Shown piece after piece: positions 27,415 through 36,059 of a stretch of 64,000 nt of DNA (positions within the stretch are counted from its first letter, which is position 1; each line of letters starts with the position of its first letter). Below the pieces are notes generated by a model. That model was not told the DNA's origin. It was given only the letters and a program-made list of their open reading frames with translations, and made no database searches. Source of the stretch: Promethearchaeota archaeon (GTDB lineage Archaea > Asgardarchaeota > Lokiarchaeia > Sigyniarchaeales > SOKP01); assembly GCA_019058445.1 (NCBI GenBank), contig JAHPZA010000003.1, positions 387,516-451,515 on the forward strand. Reading direction: 5' to 3'. The position numbers and the translations under genes are program-made.

Positions 27415-28200
27415 ATGGTTGAAAAATTTTTAGAAGGAAGAGGTACACTCATCACCGGAGGAGCCTCGGGTTTTGGTAGAGGGGCTGCTTATGCTTTTGC
27501 CGAGAGAGGTGCTGATGTGGTGATCATAGATAATAACGAAGAACTTTTAGAAGAAACAGCAAAAAAAGTTGCGGATAAAACAGGTCAAAAAACAATTCCT
27601 ATTGTATGCGATGTGTCAAAATCAGATCAGGTAGAAGCGATGGCTAAACAAGCGTTTAGAGAATTAGATAATATCTATGTGTTATTTAATAATGCTGGCA
27701 TTGGGATTGCTTATGGTAAAAATATATGTAGAGTAAGGGAAGAGCAATGGGACAAGATCATGTCGGTTAACCTTAAAGGTCAATGGTTAGTCGCCAAATC
27801 TTTATGGAGAAAGATGAAAGCTCAAAAGTTTGATGGTGAGATGCTTTCAGGAAGAATTATATGTAATGCTTCTTTAGCAGGTCTTAAAATGAATCCTAAA
27901 CTCCCTACGTATAGTATCACTAAAGTGGGAGTTATTGCTTTAGCAAAATTATTAGCAAAGACGTTAGCACCATATATCACTGTTAACTCAATAGCGCCGG
28001 GCTTTCACGTTACAGGAATTTATCTAGATAGTGTGGAAGTTGTAGAAACCGTATTAAGAGAGGAACGAATACAAATTCCGTTGAATAGAATTGGAACAGT
28101 TGAAGATGTAGTTGAACTTGTCGTGTTTCTGGCATCACCTGCTTCTACATATATAACAGGTCAATGTATCCCTGTGGGCGGAGGATTAGCTAATTTTTAG
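27415..28200 (+). CDS. Short-chain dehydrogenase/reductase, paralog 2 of 3
   Basis: Very similar to paralog 1 over the full length (for example NICRVREEQWD, NLKGQWLVAKS, ITGQCIPVGGG). Confidence 0.8.
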   Translation: MVEKFLEGRGTLITGGASGFGRGAAYAFAERGADVVIIDNNEELLEETAKKVADKTGQKTIPIVCDVSKSDQVEAMAKQAFRELDNIYVLFNNAGIGIAYGKNICRVREEQWDKIMSVNLKGQWLVAKSLWRKMKAQKFDGEMLSGRIICNASLAGLKMNPKLPTYSITKVGVIALAKLLAKTLAPYITVNSIAPGFHVTGIYLDSVEVVETVLREERIQIPLNRIGTVEDVVELVVFLASPASTYITGQCIPVGGGLANF

Positions 28201-28384
28201 ATTTCACATAATTTCTTAAAATTTTAAAATACATTTTTTTTTTCTCAGTTTTTATCTATTAATCTTCAGTTTTAACATTAATACATACTTTTAATAGTAT
28301 ATTTAGAGAACTTAAAACCTTTAAAGCAAATAAAGACAAATATAATTTAGAACATCTAAAAAAAATAAGGGTGTTAATAGAAGA

Positions 28385-29197
28385 ATGGTAGAGAAATTTC
28401 TTGAGGGAAAAGGAGCTCTCATTACTGGTGGAGCTTCAGGTTTTGGAAGAGGTTTTGCTTTTGCTTATGCATCGAGAGGCGCAGATTTAGTATTAGTTGA
28501 TATTAATGAACAATTACTCGAAGAAACCTCAAAAAAAATAACACAAGAAACCGGAAAAAAAGTTATTCCAATTGTATGTGATGTTTCAAAATCAGATCAA
28601 GTGGAAGCAATGGCAAAACAAGCGTTCAATGAATTAGATAATATTTATATTTTGAATAATAATGCTGGGGTTGGAGATCCTTATGGACCAGATCTATTAA
28701 GATTAAAGGAAAAATATTGGGATAGACTATTTGATATTAATCTTAAGGGTCAATGGCTTGTATCCAAATCTATATGTAAACGAATGAAAAAGCAAGCATT
28801 TAAACCAATTGCCGGTAAGGTCATACATACCGCTTCAATAGCTGGGATGATAGTAGATAATAAAATACCTGCTTATTCAATGTGTAAAGCGGGAGTTATC
28901 GCTATGACAAAATTACTTGCCCAAAGTTTGGCTCCAAATATAACGGTAAATGCTATTTCACCGGGATATCACGTAACTGGTGTTTATAACAATTCTGAAG
29001 AAGCAATGGTAATGACTATGAATGATGGAAATGTTAAAACTCCTTTAAATAGATTAGGAACTGTAGAAGATGTTGTAAAGGTTTCGGTGTTTCTAGCTTC
29101 TCCAGATTCAGATTTTATAACGGGTCATAATTTCCCCGTAGATGGTGGTATCGCAGAAGTCGGTGTTCCAGCTTATTATTTTAAATCAGATGTCTAA
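28385..29197 (+). CDS. Short-chain dehydrogenase/reductase, paralog 3 of 3 (more divergent)
   Basis: Contains ITGGASGFGRG, NNAG and YSMCK. It carries a longer C-terminal tail than the other two. Confidence 0.8.
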   Translation: MVEKFLEGKGALITGGASGFGRGFAFAYASRGADLVLVDINEQLLEETSKKITQETGKKVIPIVCDVSKSDQVEAMAKQAFNELDNIYILNNNAGVGDPYGPDLLRLKEKYWDRLFDINLKGQWLVSKSICKRMKKQAFKPIAGKVIHTASIAGMIVDNKIPAYSMCKAGVIAMTKLLAQSLAPNITVNAISPGYHVTGVYNNSEEAMVMTMNDGNVKTPLNRLGTVEDVVKVSVFLASPDSDFITGHNFPVDGGIAEVGVPAYYFKSDV

Positions 29198-29281
29198 TTT
29201 TTTTATTTTTTTTAATATTTAAATATGAGTTACACTCCTAAGTTAATCAAAGATGTTAACAAAATAAAAGTGAATAAATAA

Positions 29282-29686
29282 ATGTTAGATTTAATAATAG
29301 CAGGTTTAGAAATTTTTGTAGGAATTGCAATTATTGTATTTTGGATATATTTTTTTGCGGTAGAATACAAGGATCCTGAGAATGAACAATGGTATATAAT
29401 ATATGAACGAACGTTTCCTCTCCCAGATATCGGTTGGATTACACCATGCTTATTTATAGGAGCATATGGTCTAATAACAGGACATAACTTCGGTATCTTT
29501 TTTACAATCGCTGCAGGTAGTGGAATGATGTTTTTGGGCTTCATTGACACTGCTTTTTCTATACAAAATGGTATTTACAAAAAAAAGGATTTTGGATCAA
29601 GATTGAGTGTAATTGTCGTAATATGTAGCTTAATCTTTGCTGTCATTTTCACGGTATATGGTTGGATGAAATTTAGCGCCTTATGA
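29282..29686 (+). CDS. Small 4-TM membrane protein, paralog 1 of 2, unknown family
   Basis: 134 aa. Shares the motif FPLPD[IL]GWI[TM]PCLFI and SGMMFLG[FL]ID with the next gene. Confidence 0.55.
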   Translation: MLDLIIAGLEIFVGIAIIVFWIYFFAVEYKDPENEQWYIIYERTFPLPDIGWITPCLFIGAYGLITGHNFGIFFTIAAGSGMMFLGFIDTAFSIQNGIYKKKDFGSRLSVIVVICSLIFAVIFTVYGWMKFSAL

Positions 29687-29703
29687 ATGAAACTAGTTAA
29701 AGG

Positions 29704-30111
29704 GTGAAAAAAAGTATGATAGATACCATAATGGCATTACTTCAAATTTTACTAGGAGTTGGATTTGCAGGTTTCTGGATTATCTTCTATATTACAGAAT
29801 ATAAAAATCCGAAAATGGGAGAATGTGATTTCAACCATGAAAAATCTTTTCCCCTTCCAGATTTGGGATGGATTATGCCCTGTTTGTTTATCGCTGGAAT
29901 TGGTATTTTATTGGGGCAAAAATTCGGATATTTTTTTTCAGCCCTGGCTGGAAGCGGAATGATGTTCCTGGGATTAATCGATTTAGCTTATGACATTCAA
30001 AATGAAATTTTTAATAAAAAGGAATTTAGCACGTATATGGGAATATTAATTATATTGATAATGTTAATTTTTGGTCCTATATGTATCATTTATGCTTGGA
30101 CTAGCCTCTAA
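29704..30111 (+). CDS. Small 4-TM membrane protein, paralog 2 of 2, unknown family
   Basis: 135 aa (GTG start, or ATG at 29716). Collinear with 29282..29686. Confidence 0.55.
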   Translation: MKKSMIDTIMALLQILLGVGFAGFWIIFYITEYKNPKMGECDFNHEKSFPLPDLGWIMPCLFIAGIGILLGQKFGYFFSALAGSGMMFLGLIDLAYDIQNEIFNKKEFSTYMGILIILIMLIFGPICIIYAWTSL

Positions 30112-30238
30112 TAAATGTAAAAAATAAATGAATTTCTTTCTTTTCATCCTCTAAATACTTCTTTTTTTTTTGTAATTCTAAATATTTTACCTTAAGAATA
30201 ACGAAATATTTAAATACAAAAATATCGAAAATAAATTT

Positions 30239-30261
30239 AACATCGTTTAATAAACAGCGTT
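30239..30261. promoter_or_regulatory. Imperfect palindrome AAC-n3-GTTTA-n-TAAAC-n3-GTT upstream of the TetR gene (candidate operator)
   Basis: The core GTTTAATAAAC at 30245..30255 is a perfect 5+1+5 inverted repeat, and the outer AAC/GTT are also complementary. It ends about 40 nt upstream of the TetR start. This is weak evidence in AT-rich DNA. Confidence 0.2.
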
Positions 30262-30298
30262 CAATTTATTTTATGAACCTTAGAAATCTCCAAGGAAT

Positions 30299-30970
30299 AT
30301 GCCTAAATCAGCGAGAAAAACACAAGAAGTCAGAAAGGTAAAGAAAGAGATATTAGAAAATGCTTTAAAAATCATTAATAAGGAAGGAATTGATAACCTT
30401 TCAATGAGAAAACTTGCCAGGGAATCTAATATGTCCGCAGCAAACCTTTATAACTATTATGGAAGTAAAGAAAGCATTATCATTGAATTGGACAATAGTG
30501 GATTTAAGACTTTATATCGGATGGTTAAAAATGCTGTAAACTCCGCAAAAAGCCCAATTGAAAAAATAAAAAGACTAATTCAAGAATATATTGAATTTGG
30601 GACGAATCCAGAACGTGTTCATCAATATAATATTATGTTTAATAGTGCAAGAGTTTCTGATTATATTGGTACGGGATTTGAAGCATTAGTGGAGTATCAA
30701 ACGAGAAAAGCGTTTAGAATTTTAGATATATGTTATAAAATTATTTCGGAATACGTTAAGCATAATCCTAAATTAAATAGGAAAAATCCAAAACTGCTCA
30801 CATTAAGGCTCTGGATTGAACTTCATGGAATTGTTGCGTTCTTCAATACTCGTTTATTTAATGAGCTATATATAAGTGAAGATTTCAAAGAATATGCTCA
30901 AGATTCGAGAAAAACAGTTCAGATATTAACAAATGAACTGATTAATTCCATTGTCAATGGAGATTTTTAA
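30299..30970 (+). CDS. TetR/AcrR family transcriptional regulator
   Basis: 223 aa. The N-terminal HTH is ILENALKIINKEGIDNLSMRKLARESNMSAANLYNYYGSKESI. Confidence 0.85.
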   Translation: MPKSARKTQEVRKVKKEILENALKIINKEGIDNLSMRKLARESNMSAANLYNYYGSKESIIIELDNSGFKTLYRMVKNAVNSAKSPIEKIKRLIQEYIEFGTNPERVHQYNIMFNSARVSDYIGTGFEALVEYQTRKAFRILDICYKIISEYVKHNPKLNRKNPKLLTLRLWIELHGIVAFFNTRLFNELYISEDFKEYAQDSRKTVQILTNELINSIVNGDF

Positions 30971-31042
30971 TAATTTAAAATATTAAACGAATGTTGATAA
31001 ATAAAAAATGAAAAAAAAAAAGAAAAAAAATTGGTGGAAAAA

Positions 31043-32830
31043 ATGGTTAAAGTAAACGGAGCGCAATTAATAGTGCGCGCTTTAAGTAACCAAGGAGTTG
31101 AAGCTATTTGGACGTTATGCGGAGATAATGATATGATCTATAATTACTGCCATGATAAAGAATGTACTGAAGGTATTGATCTGATTGATTTTCGCCATGA
31201 ACAAGCTACTGGACACGCTGCTATAGGTTATTATTTAGCAACGGGTAAAGTTGGAGTATGTTCTGTTCAATCGGGTCCTGGAATTACTGACTTATTTCCT
31301 TCAATACCAATTGCTTGGGATGCTAGTATTCCCTTAGTTGCATTATGTACAGCTACACCATTGATGGAATTTGAAAAATTGGCAGCAAATGAAATTGATG
31401 TGGTTCCCGCATTTCGTCCTGTTACGAAATGGGCTGGATACTGTTATGAAACGGAAAGATTGCCTGAATACATCAATATGGCTTTTAGAATTGCTTCTAC
31501 AGGGCGTCCTGGACCAGTTCTCTTGTTAGTCCCTTTTGATGTAATGGTTAAGGAATGTGATGATGAACTGGATATAGTAAAACAAGCTTTCAGACCAGTA
31601 GAAATGCTTCGGGCATTCGATGGTCCATATGGAAATGAACGACAAGTTAAAAAAGCACTTGAATTATTATTAAAAGCTGAACGGCCTCTAGTGTTTGCTG
31701 GTACAGGAGTTGGTTTATCAGATGCATCTGATGAATTATTAAAATTTGCGGAATTGACTCAAATCCCAGTAGGATTATGGGGTTTTGGTAATGGCTGTTT
31801 TCCTCCTGATAATCCTTTATATTTCGGATTAGCAAGTCCATTGGATGGGCCTGGAACAAAATTACTCAGTAAAGTTGACGTGGTTCTAATATTGGGTGCA
31901 AGAATTACTGGAATGATGAATTTTGGTTACATGCCATGTTTTGGAGATAATGCAAAACTTATCCAAGTTGATATTAAAGCAGAAGAAATTGGTAGAAATA
32001 GAGGCATTGATGTGCCGATTGTTGGAGATGTTAAAGGAGTGCTTACTCAATTAGCTCAATTTGCGGCAGAAAAATTAAACAATACACCAAGAACTCAAAG
32101 TGTTTGGGTTAAAGAAGTTCAAGAAGCATTGGCAAAATTTAATGAACGAATTGAGAGAGATGGTTCGTCCGATAAAATACCAATTCATCCTCTACGCTTA
32201 GTAAAAGAAATTAGTGACTTTATGCCTCGAGATGGATATATCCTCCTTGATGGTGGTGATACAACAGTATGGGGACTCACTTCATTGAAAGCTTATTTCC
32301 CAATGGCCATCTATTTTTCCGGAAGTCTGGGAATTCAACATCTTGGTGGGGGAGTACCTGGTGCAATCGCAACTAAATATGCACATCCTGATAAGAAAGT
32401 TCTTGTATTAACAGGGGATGGATCATTTCTATTCAATGGGAAAGAGCTTGATACCGCAAGAAGACATGATTTACCTTTTGTTGTGGTAATCTGTAATGAT
32501 CGGTTATGGGGTATGGTTGCTAGAGGACAGAAGCTTGCATTTGGGAAGAAAGCTTTTGGATTATCGTCGAGTCTTAGTGATGAGACGCGTTATGATAAAT
32601 ATGCTGAAGCCTTTAATTGTCATGGTGAATTAGTAACTGATCCAAATGAACTAAAGGCAGCACTTCAAAGAGCATTCGATTCTGGGATTCCCGCGGTCAT
32701 AGATGTGCGTGTTAATCCAAAAGTAAACACTGTGATGGACTATTTATCAAAAGAAGCCTATAATCCAGCAACATGGAAACGGGAAGTTAAAGAAAAAGTC
32801 GAAGAATTAGTTATAGAAGTAAAAAAATAA
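31043..32830 (+). CDS. Thiamine-diphosphate enzyme of the acetolactate synthase / 2-hydroxyacyl-CoA lyase / oxalyl-CoA decarboxylase superfamily
   Basis: About 595 aa. N-terminal GAQLIVRAL...FRHEQATGHAA and the TPP motif GDGSFLFNGKELDTARRHDLPFVVVICND. ATG 31043 is preferred over the listed TTG 31031. Confidence 0.8.
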   Translation: MVKVNGAQLIVRALSNQGVEAIWTLCGDNDMIYNYCHDKECTEGIDLIDFRHEQATGHAAIGYYLATGKVGVCSVQSGPGITDLFPSIPIAWDASIPLVALCTATPLMEFEKLAANEIDVVPAFRPVTKWAGYCYETERLPEYINMAFRIASTGRPGPVLLLVPFDVMVKECDDELDIVKQAFRPVEMLRAFDGPYGNERQVKKALELLLKAERPLVFAGTGVGLSDASDELLKFAELTQIPVGLWGFGNGCFPPDNPLYFGLASPLDGPGTKLLSKVDVVLILGARITGMMNFGYMPCFGDNAKLIQVDIKAEEIGRNRGIDVPIVGDVKGVLTQLAQFAAEKLNNTPRTQSVWVKEVQEALAKFNERIERDGSSDKIPIHPLRLVKEISDFMPRDGYILLDGGDTTVWGLTSLKAYFPMAIYFSGSLGIQHLGGGVPGAIATKYAHPDKKVLVLTGDGSFLFNGKELDTARRHDLPFVVVICNDRLWGMVARGQKLAFGKKAFGLSSSLSDETRYDKYAEAFNCHGELVTDPNELKAALQRAFDSGIPAVIDVRVNPKVNTVMDYLSKEAYNPATWKREVKEKVEELVIEVKK

Positions 32831-32847
32831 AATAGAAAGGGATTTCA

Positions 32848-33861
32848 ATGTTAGGTGCCCAATATCAAGGTAAAAAGAAAATCGAACTAATAGAACTTCC
32901 TAAACCTGTTCCAAAAGAAAATGAAGTGTTAATTAAGGTGAAATATGCTGGAATATGTGGATCAGATTTAGAGGCATATAAAACTGGACTATATCCTGCA
33001 CATGTCGTCTTGGGACATGAATTTTGTGGGACTATTGCTGAAATGGGTCAAAATGTTAAGAAATGGAAGATAGGAGATCGAGTGACAGTTTTTCCCTCTT
33101 TACACTGTGGAAAATGTTATTATTGTAAGCAAGGTTTAACAAATCTGTGTGTTTATGAGGACTCGATAGGTATAGGTGCTAATGGAGGTTTTGCAGATTA
33201 TGTTCTTGTAAAAGATCATCACCTTGTAGCTTTACCTGATTCAATACCAGATAAACATGGAACCGTATTCGATCAAATTGCCACAGGTCTATTGGCTTTA
33301 AGAGAATCAAATTTCATAGCAGGTAGTTCTGCCGTTGTTTTAGGTTTGGGAACAATGGGACAATTTGTGCTTCAATGTTTAAAGATAGCAGGAGCTAGAA
33401 CGATAGTTGTGGTAGAGAAGAATGTTCATAGACTCGAAATAGCAAAGAAATTTGAACCTGATATTGCAATGAGTAAGTTAACTTTACCAAAAATTAAAAG
33501 ATCAAATAAGCGAGGAGTCTCTGGTGTTGATTTTGTTTTTGAATGTTCAGGAGTTCCAATTTTAGTAAATGCAGCTCTAGACGTTGTTCGTAAAGGAGGA
33601 ACTATTGTGCAAATAGGATTATGGGATAAACCCCTTGAAATAAATCTTTTAAAATATGTTATGAATCAAAATCATATTATGGGGGTGTACGCATATCTTC
33701 GAGAAGATTTCGAGTTTGCCGTAGATTTAGTTGCAAGGAAACTAATTAATCCAGAACCAATAGTGACAAAAATTATCCCTCTCAGCGAAATTGTTCAAGA
33801 AGGTTTTGAATGTGGAATTTCTCCAGAGACTAAAGATATTAAGATCTTAGTAGAACCTTAG
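32848..33861 (+). CDS. Zinc-dependent medium-chain alcohol/polyol dehydrogenase (sorbitol/threonine/butanediol dehydrogenase-like)
   Basis: 337 aa. Contains GICGSDLE, GHEFCGTI, the structural zinc loop CGKCYYCKQGLTNLC, and GLGTMGQ. Confidence 0.85.
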   Translation: MLGAQYQGKKKIELIELPKPVPKENEVLIKVKYAGICGSDLEAYKTGLYPAHVVLGHEFCGTIAEMGQNVKKWKIGDRVTVFPSLHCGKCYYCKQGLTNLCVYEDSIGIGANGGFADYVLVKDHHLVALPDSIPDKHGTVFDQIATGLLALRESNFIAGSSAVVLGLGTMGQFVLQCLKIAGARTIVVVEKNVHRLEIAKKFEPDIAMSKLTLPKIKRSNKRGVSGVDFVFECSGVPILVNAALDVVRKGGTIVQIGLWDKPLEINLLKYVMNQNHIMGVYAYLREDFEFAVDLVARKLINPEPIVTKIIPLSEIVQEGFECGISPETKDIKILVEP

Positions 33862-34026
33862 TTCTCTTAATTTTTTCTAAAATTATTTTTTTTTAAAAAA
33901 TTGATTTTTTTTTAATTATATTTTATTATTAAAAATCCAAGAAATTAAGCATTTATATATTCTTAGATAGAAATATTAGTTGACAAAGATACTAAAATAG
34001 ATAAATTTAGTTATTAAGGGGTTTTT

Positions 34027-34737
34027 ATGTACCAAGCAATACCTTTCTCGAGAATTGTTCAAGTTTTCATAATATTTCTAGGAGGAGGGACATTCTTTCT
34101 TATTTTATCTTTTCTTGTTCTAAGAAAAAATAATCATCGTTTAAATTTTACGATATGCGGATTTTTTATCTTTATATTTTTAGGCGGATTATTTAATGCT
34201 ATTTATGCTCTCTTAACCACGCATGTTGATGAGAGCACTGTCGTCTCATTACATATTTTAACTTATATTTTCTTTTGTCTTGCTCAAATGTTTTTGCTAT
34301 TGTTTAATCTGATACTGTGGAAATCAGAGAAAATATTTACTTTAAAAAAACAATTAATTATCTTAGGTTCATATGTCGGTTTACTACTCATTTTGTTTTT
34401 TATTCCAGAAGGGGTGATGATCAATGAGAATACATATTATCGACCACAATGGAGCCTCCAATTTTTTATTTATGCTAATATAATATGGATTGGATGTGCG
34501 ATGATCCCTACATTATATACCTCCTTGAAGATTCTTAAGATTTTTGAAGATCCAGAGATCAAGAAACGTTGGAAGATATATATGATAGGGACGATTATGA
34601 TTTACATAGAATTATTCGGAGTTGGAGTTATGATTTTAATAAACGATCCTTTCTTGAGGCAGATATGGAATGTTTATGATGTTTCTGTATTGATTGGTGC
34701 TTTTTTTATATATTATGGTGTAGTACGCCAATTATAA
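34027..34737 (+). CDS. Seven-TM membrane protein, unknown function
   Basis: 236 aa. Seven hydrophobic segments can be counted by eye. No conserved motif recognised. Confidence 0.45.
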   Translation: MYQAIPFSRIVQVFIIFLGGGTFFLILSFLVLRKNNHRLNFTICGFFIFIFLGGLFNAIYALLTTHVDESTVVSLHILTYIFFCLAQMFLLLFNLILWKSEKIFTLKKQLIILGSYVGLLLILFFIPEGVMINENTYYRPQWSLQFFIYANIIWIGCAMIPTLYTSLKILKIFEDPEIKKRWKIYMIGTIMIYIELFGVGVMILINDPFLRQIWNVYDVSVLIGAFFIYYGVVRQL

Positions 34738-34777
34738 AGTATCAGATTTTTCGAATTTTTTAACAAAAAAGCTTTCC

Positions 34778-35431
34778 TTATTGAATTCTTTCTTTTTTCT
34801 GAGCAAATATATATCTAAGTGTGTGCGTATGCAAGCCAATTTCACCATGTTGTTCTTGATCTTCTAATATTCCTGTTTCAACAATTAAATAATCCTTAAA
34901 ATGCTCAATTAAGTCCTGTTCTGAAAAATAATGAGCGGGTCTTCCTGGCTTTGATTCAAATGTATTTTTCTCAATTTCTTTTCCTTTACCAAAGCTTTTT
35001 TCCTTTTCTGAAAAGACAGTAAAAAAAACAAATCCATTAGCTCTAAGTTGCTTATAACATATTTCAAGGATTTTAATTCGATCTTCTTTAAGAAATAAAT
35101 GTAATGTATTATAACAGTAAATTGCATCATAAAAATCATCGTTAAATGGCATTTCCAATATAGAACCCAAGATAAATTGGGTTTTACTGTCATAATTTTT
35201 AGCTATATTGTAGGCTATATCAGAGATCTCTATCCCGACCACTTTAAAATTTTGGTTTGAAAATAATTTTGAATTTCTGCCATATCCTGCTCCAGGTATT
35301 AAAATATTTTTAATCTTTTGCTTTTTGAAGAGCTCTAGGGCATACTTTGCCGTATTACTTGGTGTATGTCCCCATATTTTTCCTTCTTGAGAAAATCGAT
35401 TATTCCAATAATTCCTTGAGGTTTGGTTCGT
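34778..35431 (-). CDS. Class I SAM-dependent methyltransferase (start codon non-canonical or lost)
   Basis: The listed ORF begins at GTG 35242 (VVGIEIS...). The same frame is open upstream and encodes NQTSRNYWNNRFSQEGKIWGHTPSNTAKYALELFKKQKIKNILIPGAGYGRNSKLF, which includes SAM motif I. There is no in-frame ATG/GTG/TTG in that stretch. Candidate starts are ACG 35429-35431 (AAGGAG 6 nt upstream) and ATT 35435-35437. Confidence 0.6.
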   Translation of the reverse strand, partial: TNQTSRNYWNNRFSQEGKIWGHTPSNTAKYALELFKKQKIKNILIPGAGYGRNSKLFSNQNFKVVGIEISDIAYNIAKNYDSKTQFILGSILEMPFNDDFYDAIYCYNTLHLFLKEDRIKILEICYKQLRANGFVFFTVFSEKEKSFGKGKEIEKNTFESKPGRPAHYFSEQDLIEHFKDYLIVETGILEDQEQHGEIGLHTHTLRYIFAQKKERIQ

Positions 35432-35432
35432 G

Positions 35433-35816
35433 CTAATCTCCTTTTTTCACAATCCCATAAAATGTGTCAAATTGATTAAAAATTTTTGGATCTGTTCCTT
35501 CAATTTTCGCGAAAATATTAACGGGAGTTGCAGCTACAGGTTTATCACCCGAACTTGCTGGAGTAGGACCAAAGAATATACAAAACCCTCTTCCATCAAT
35601 CCAATACCCCACATCTCCGACTTCACATTCAGTTTGTGAGTCTTCAATATCTATTTTCACAGGGATATTCCCATATAACTCTTCACCCCATCTTGCTAGA
35701 TTTAATTCAAGTGGAAGAGCATCCCAGATAGCTTGACATGTTTTGGGATTTTTATCAATGAGTAATTTCGCTTTAACTTGACCTATTTTTTCATTTTCAA
35801 TAATTATATATTCCAT
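35433..35816 (-). CDS. Cyclophilin-like fold protein (TM1367-like family)
   Basis: 127 aa. Contains ARWGEELYG...GDVGYWIDGRGFCIFFGPTP...VNIFAKI, recalled from the cyclophilin-like PF04126-type family. Its stop codon overlaps the methyltransferase 5' region. Confidence 0.5.
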   Translation of the reverse strand: MEYIIIENEKIGQVKAKLLIDKNPKTCQAIWDALPLELNLARWGEELYGNIPVKIDIEDSQTECEVGDVGYWIDGRGFCIFFGPTPASSGDKPVAATPVNIFAKIEGTDPKIFNQFDTFYGIVKKGD

Positions 35817-36059
35817 ATTAATCCCTTTCCTATTTATTGGTAATTTTTTTATAGTGCATTTTAAATTTAAAGTTTAATGTTTAGAAATCATTAATTAAAA
35901 TAGATTTTCAAGTTTAGAAAGATTCTGCCTAAAAAATAACCAAGTGAAAGAGTTGGAATAGTCTATTATAAACGAAGGCTTATAATTTATCCATGATACT
36001 TCGAAGGTTTTATATAATCGTTTATCAAAATATTTAATATTATAATATAGGTGTGAAAT

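Noticed and set aside
31008-31055. Poly-lysine mini-ORF (MKKKKKKNWWKKWLK) overlapping the TPP enzyme start, considered as a possible leader peptide.
   Set aside because: It is produced by an A-rich spacer. There is no RBS and no attenuator-like structure, so it is most likely fortuitous.
35433-35437. Programmed frameshift or read-through fusing the cyclophilin-like protein to the methyltransferase.
   Set aside because: There is no slippery heptamer or downstream structure at the junction, and the two domains are normally separate proteins. Coupled re-initiation or start loss explains the data more simply.
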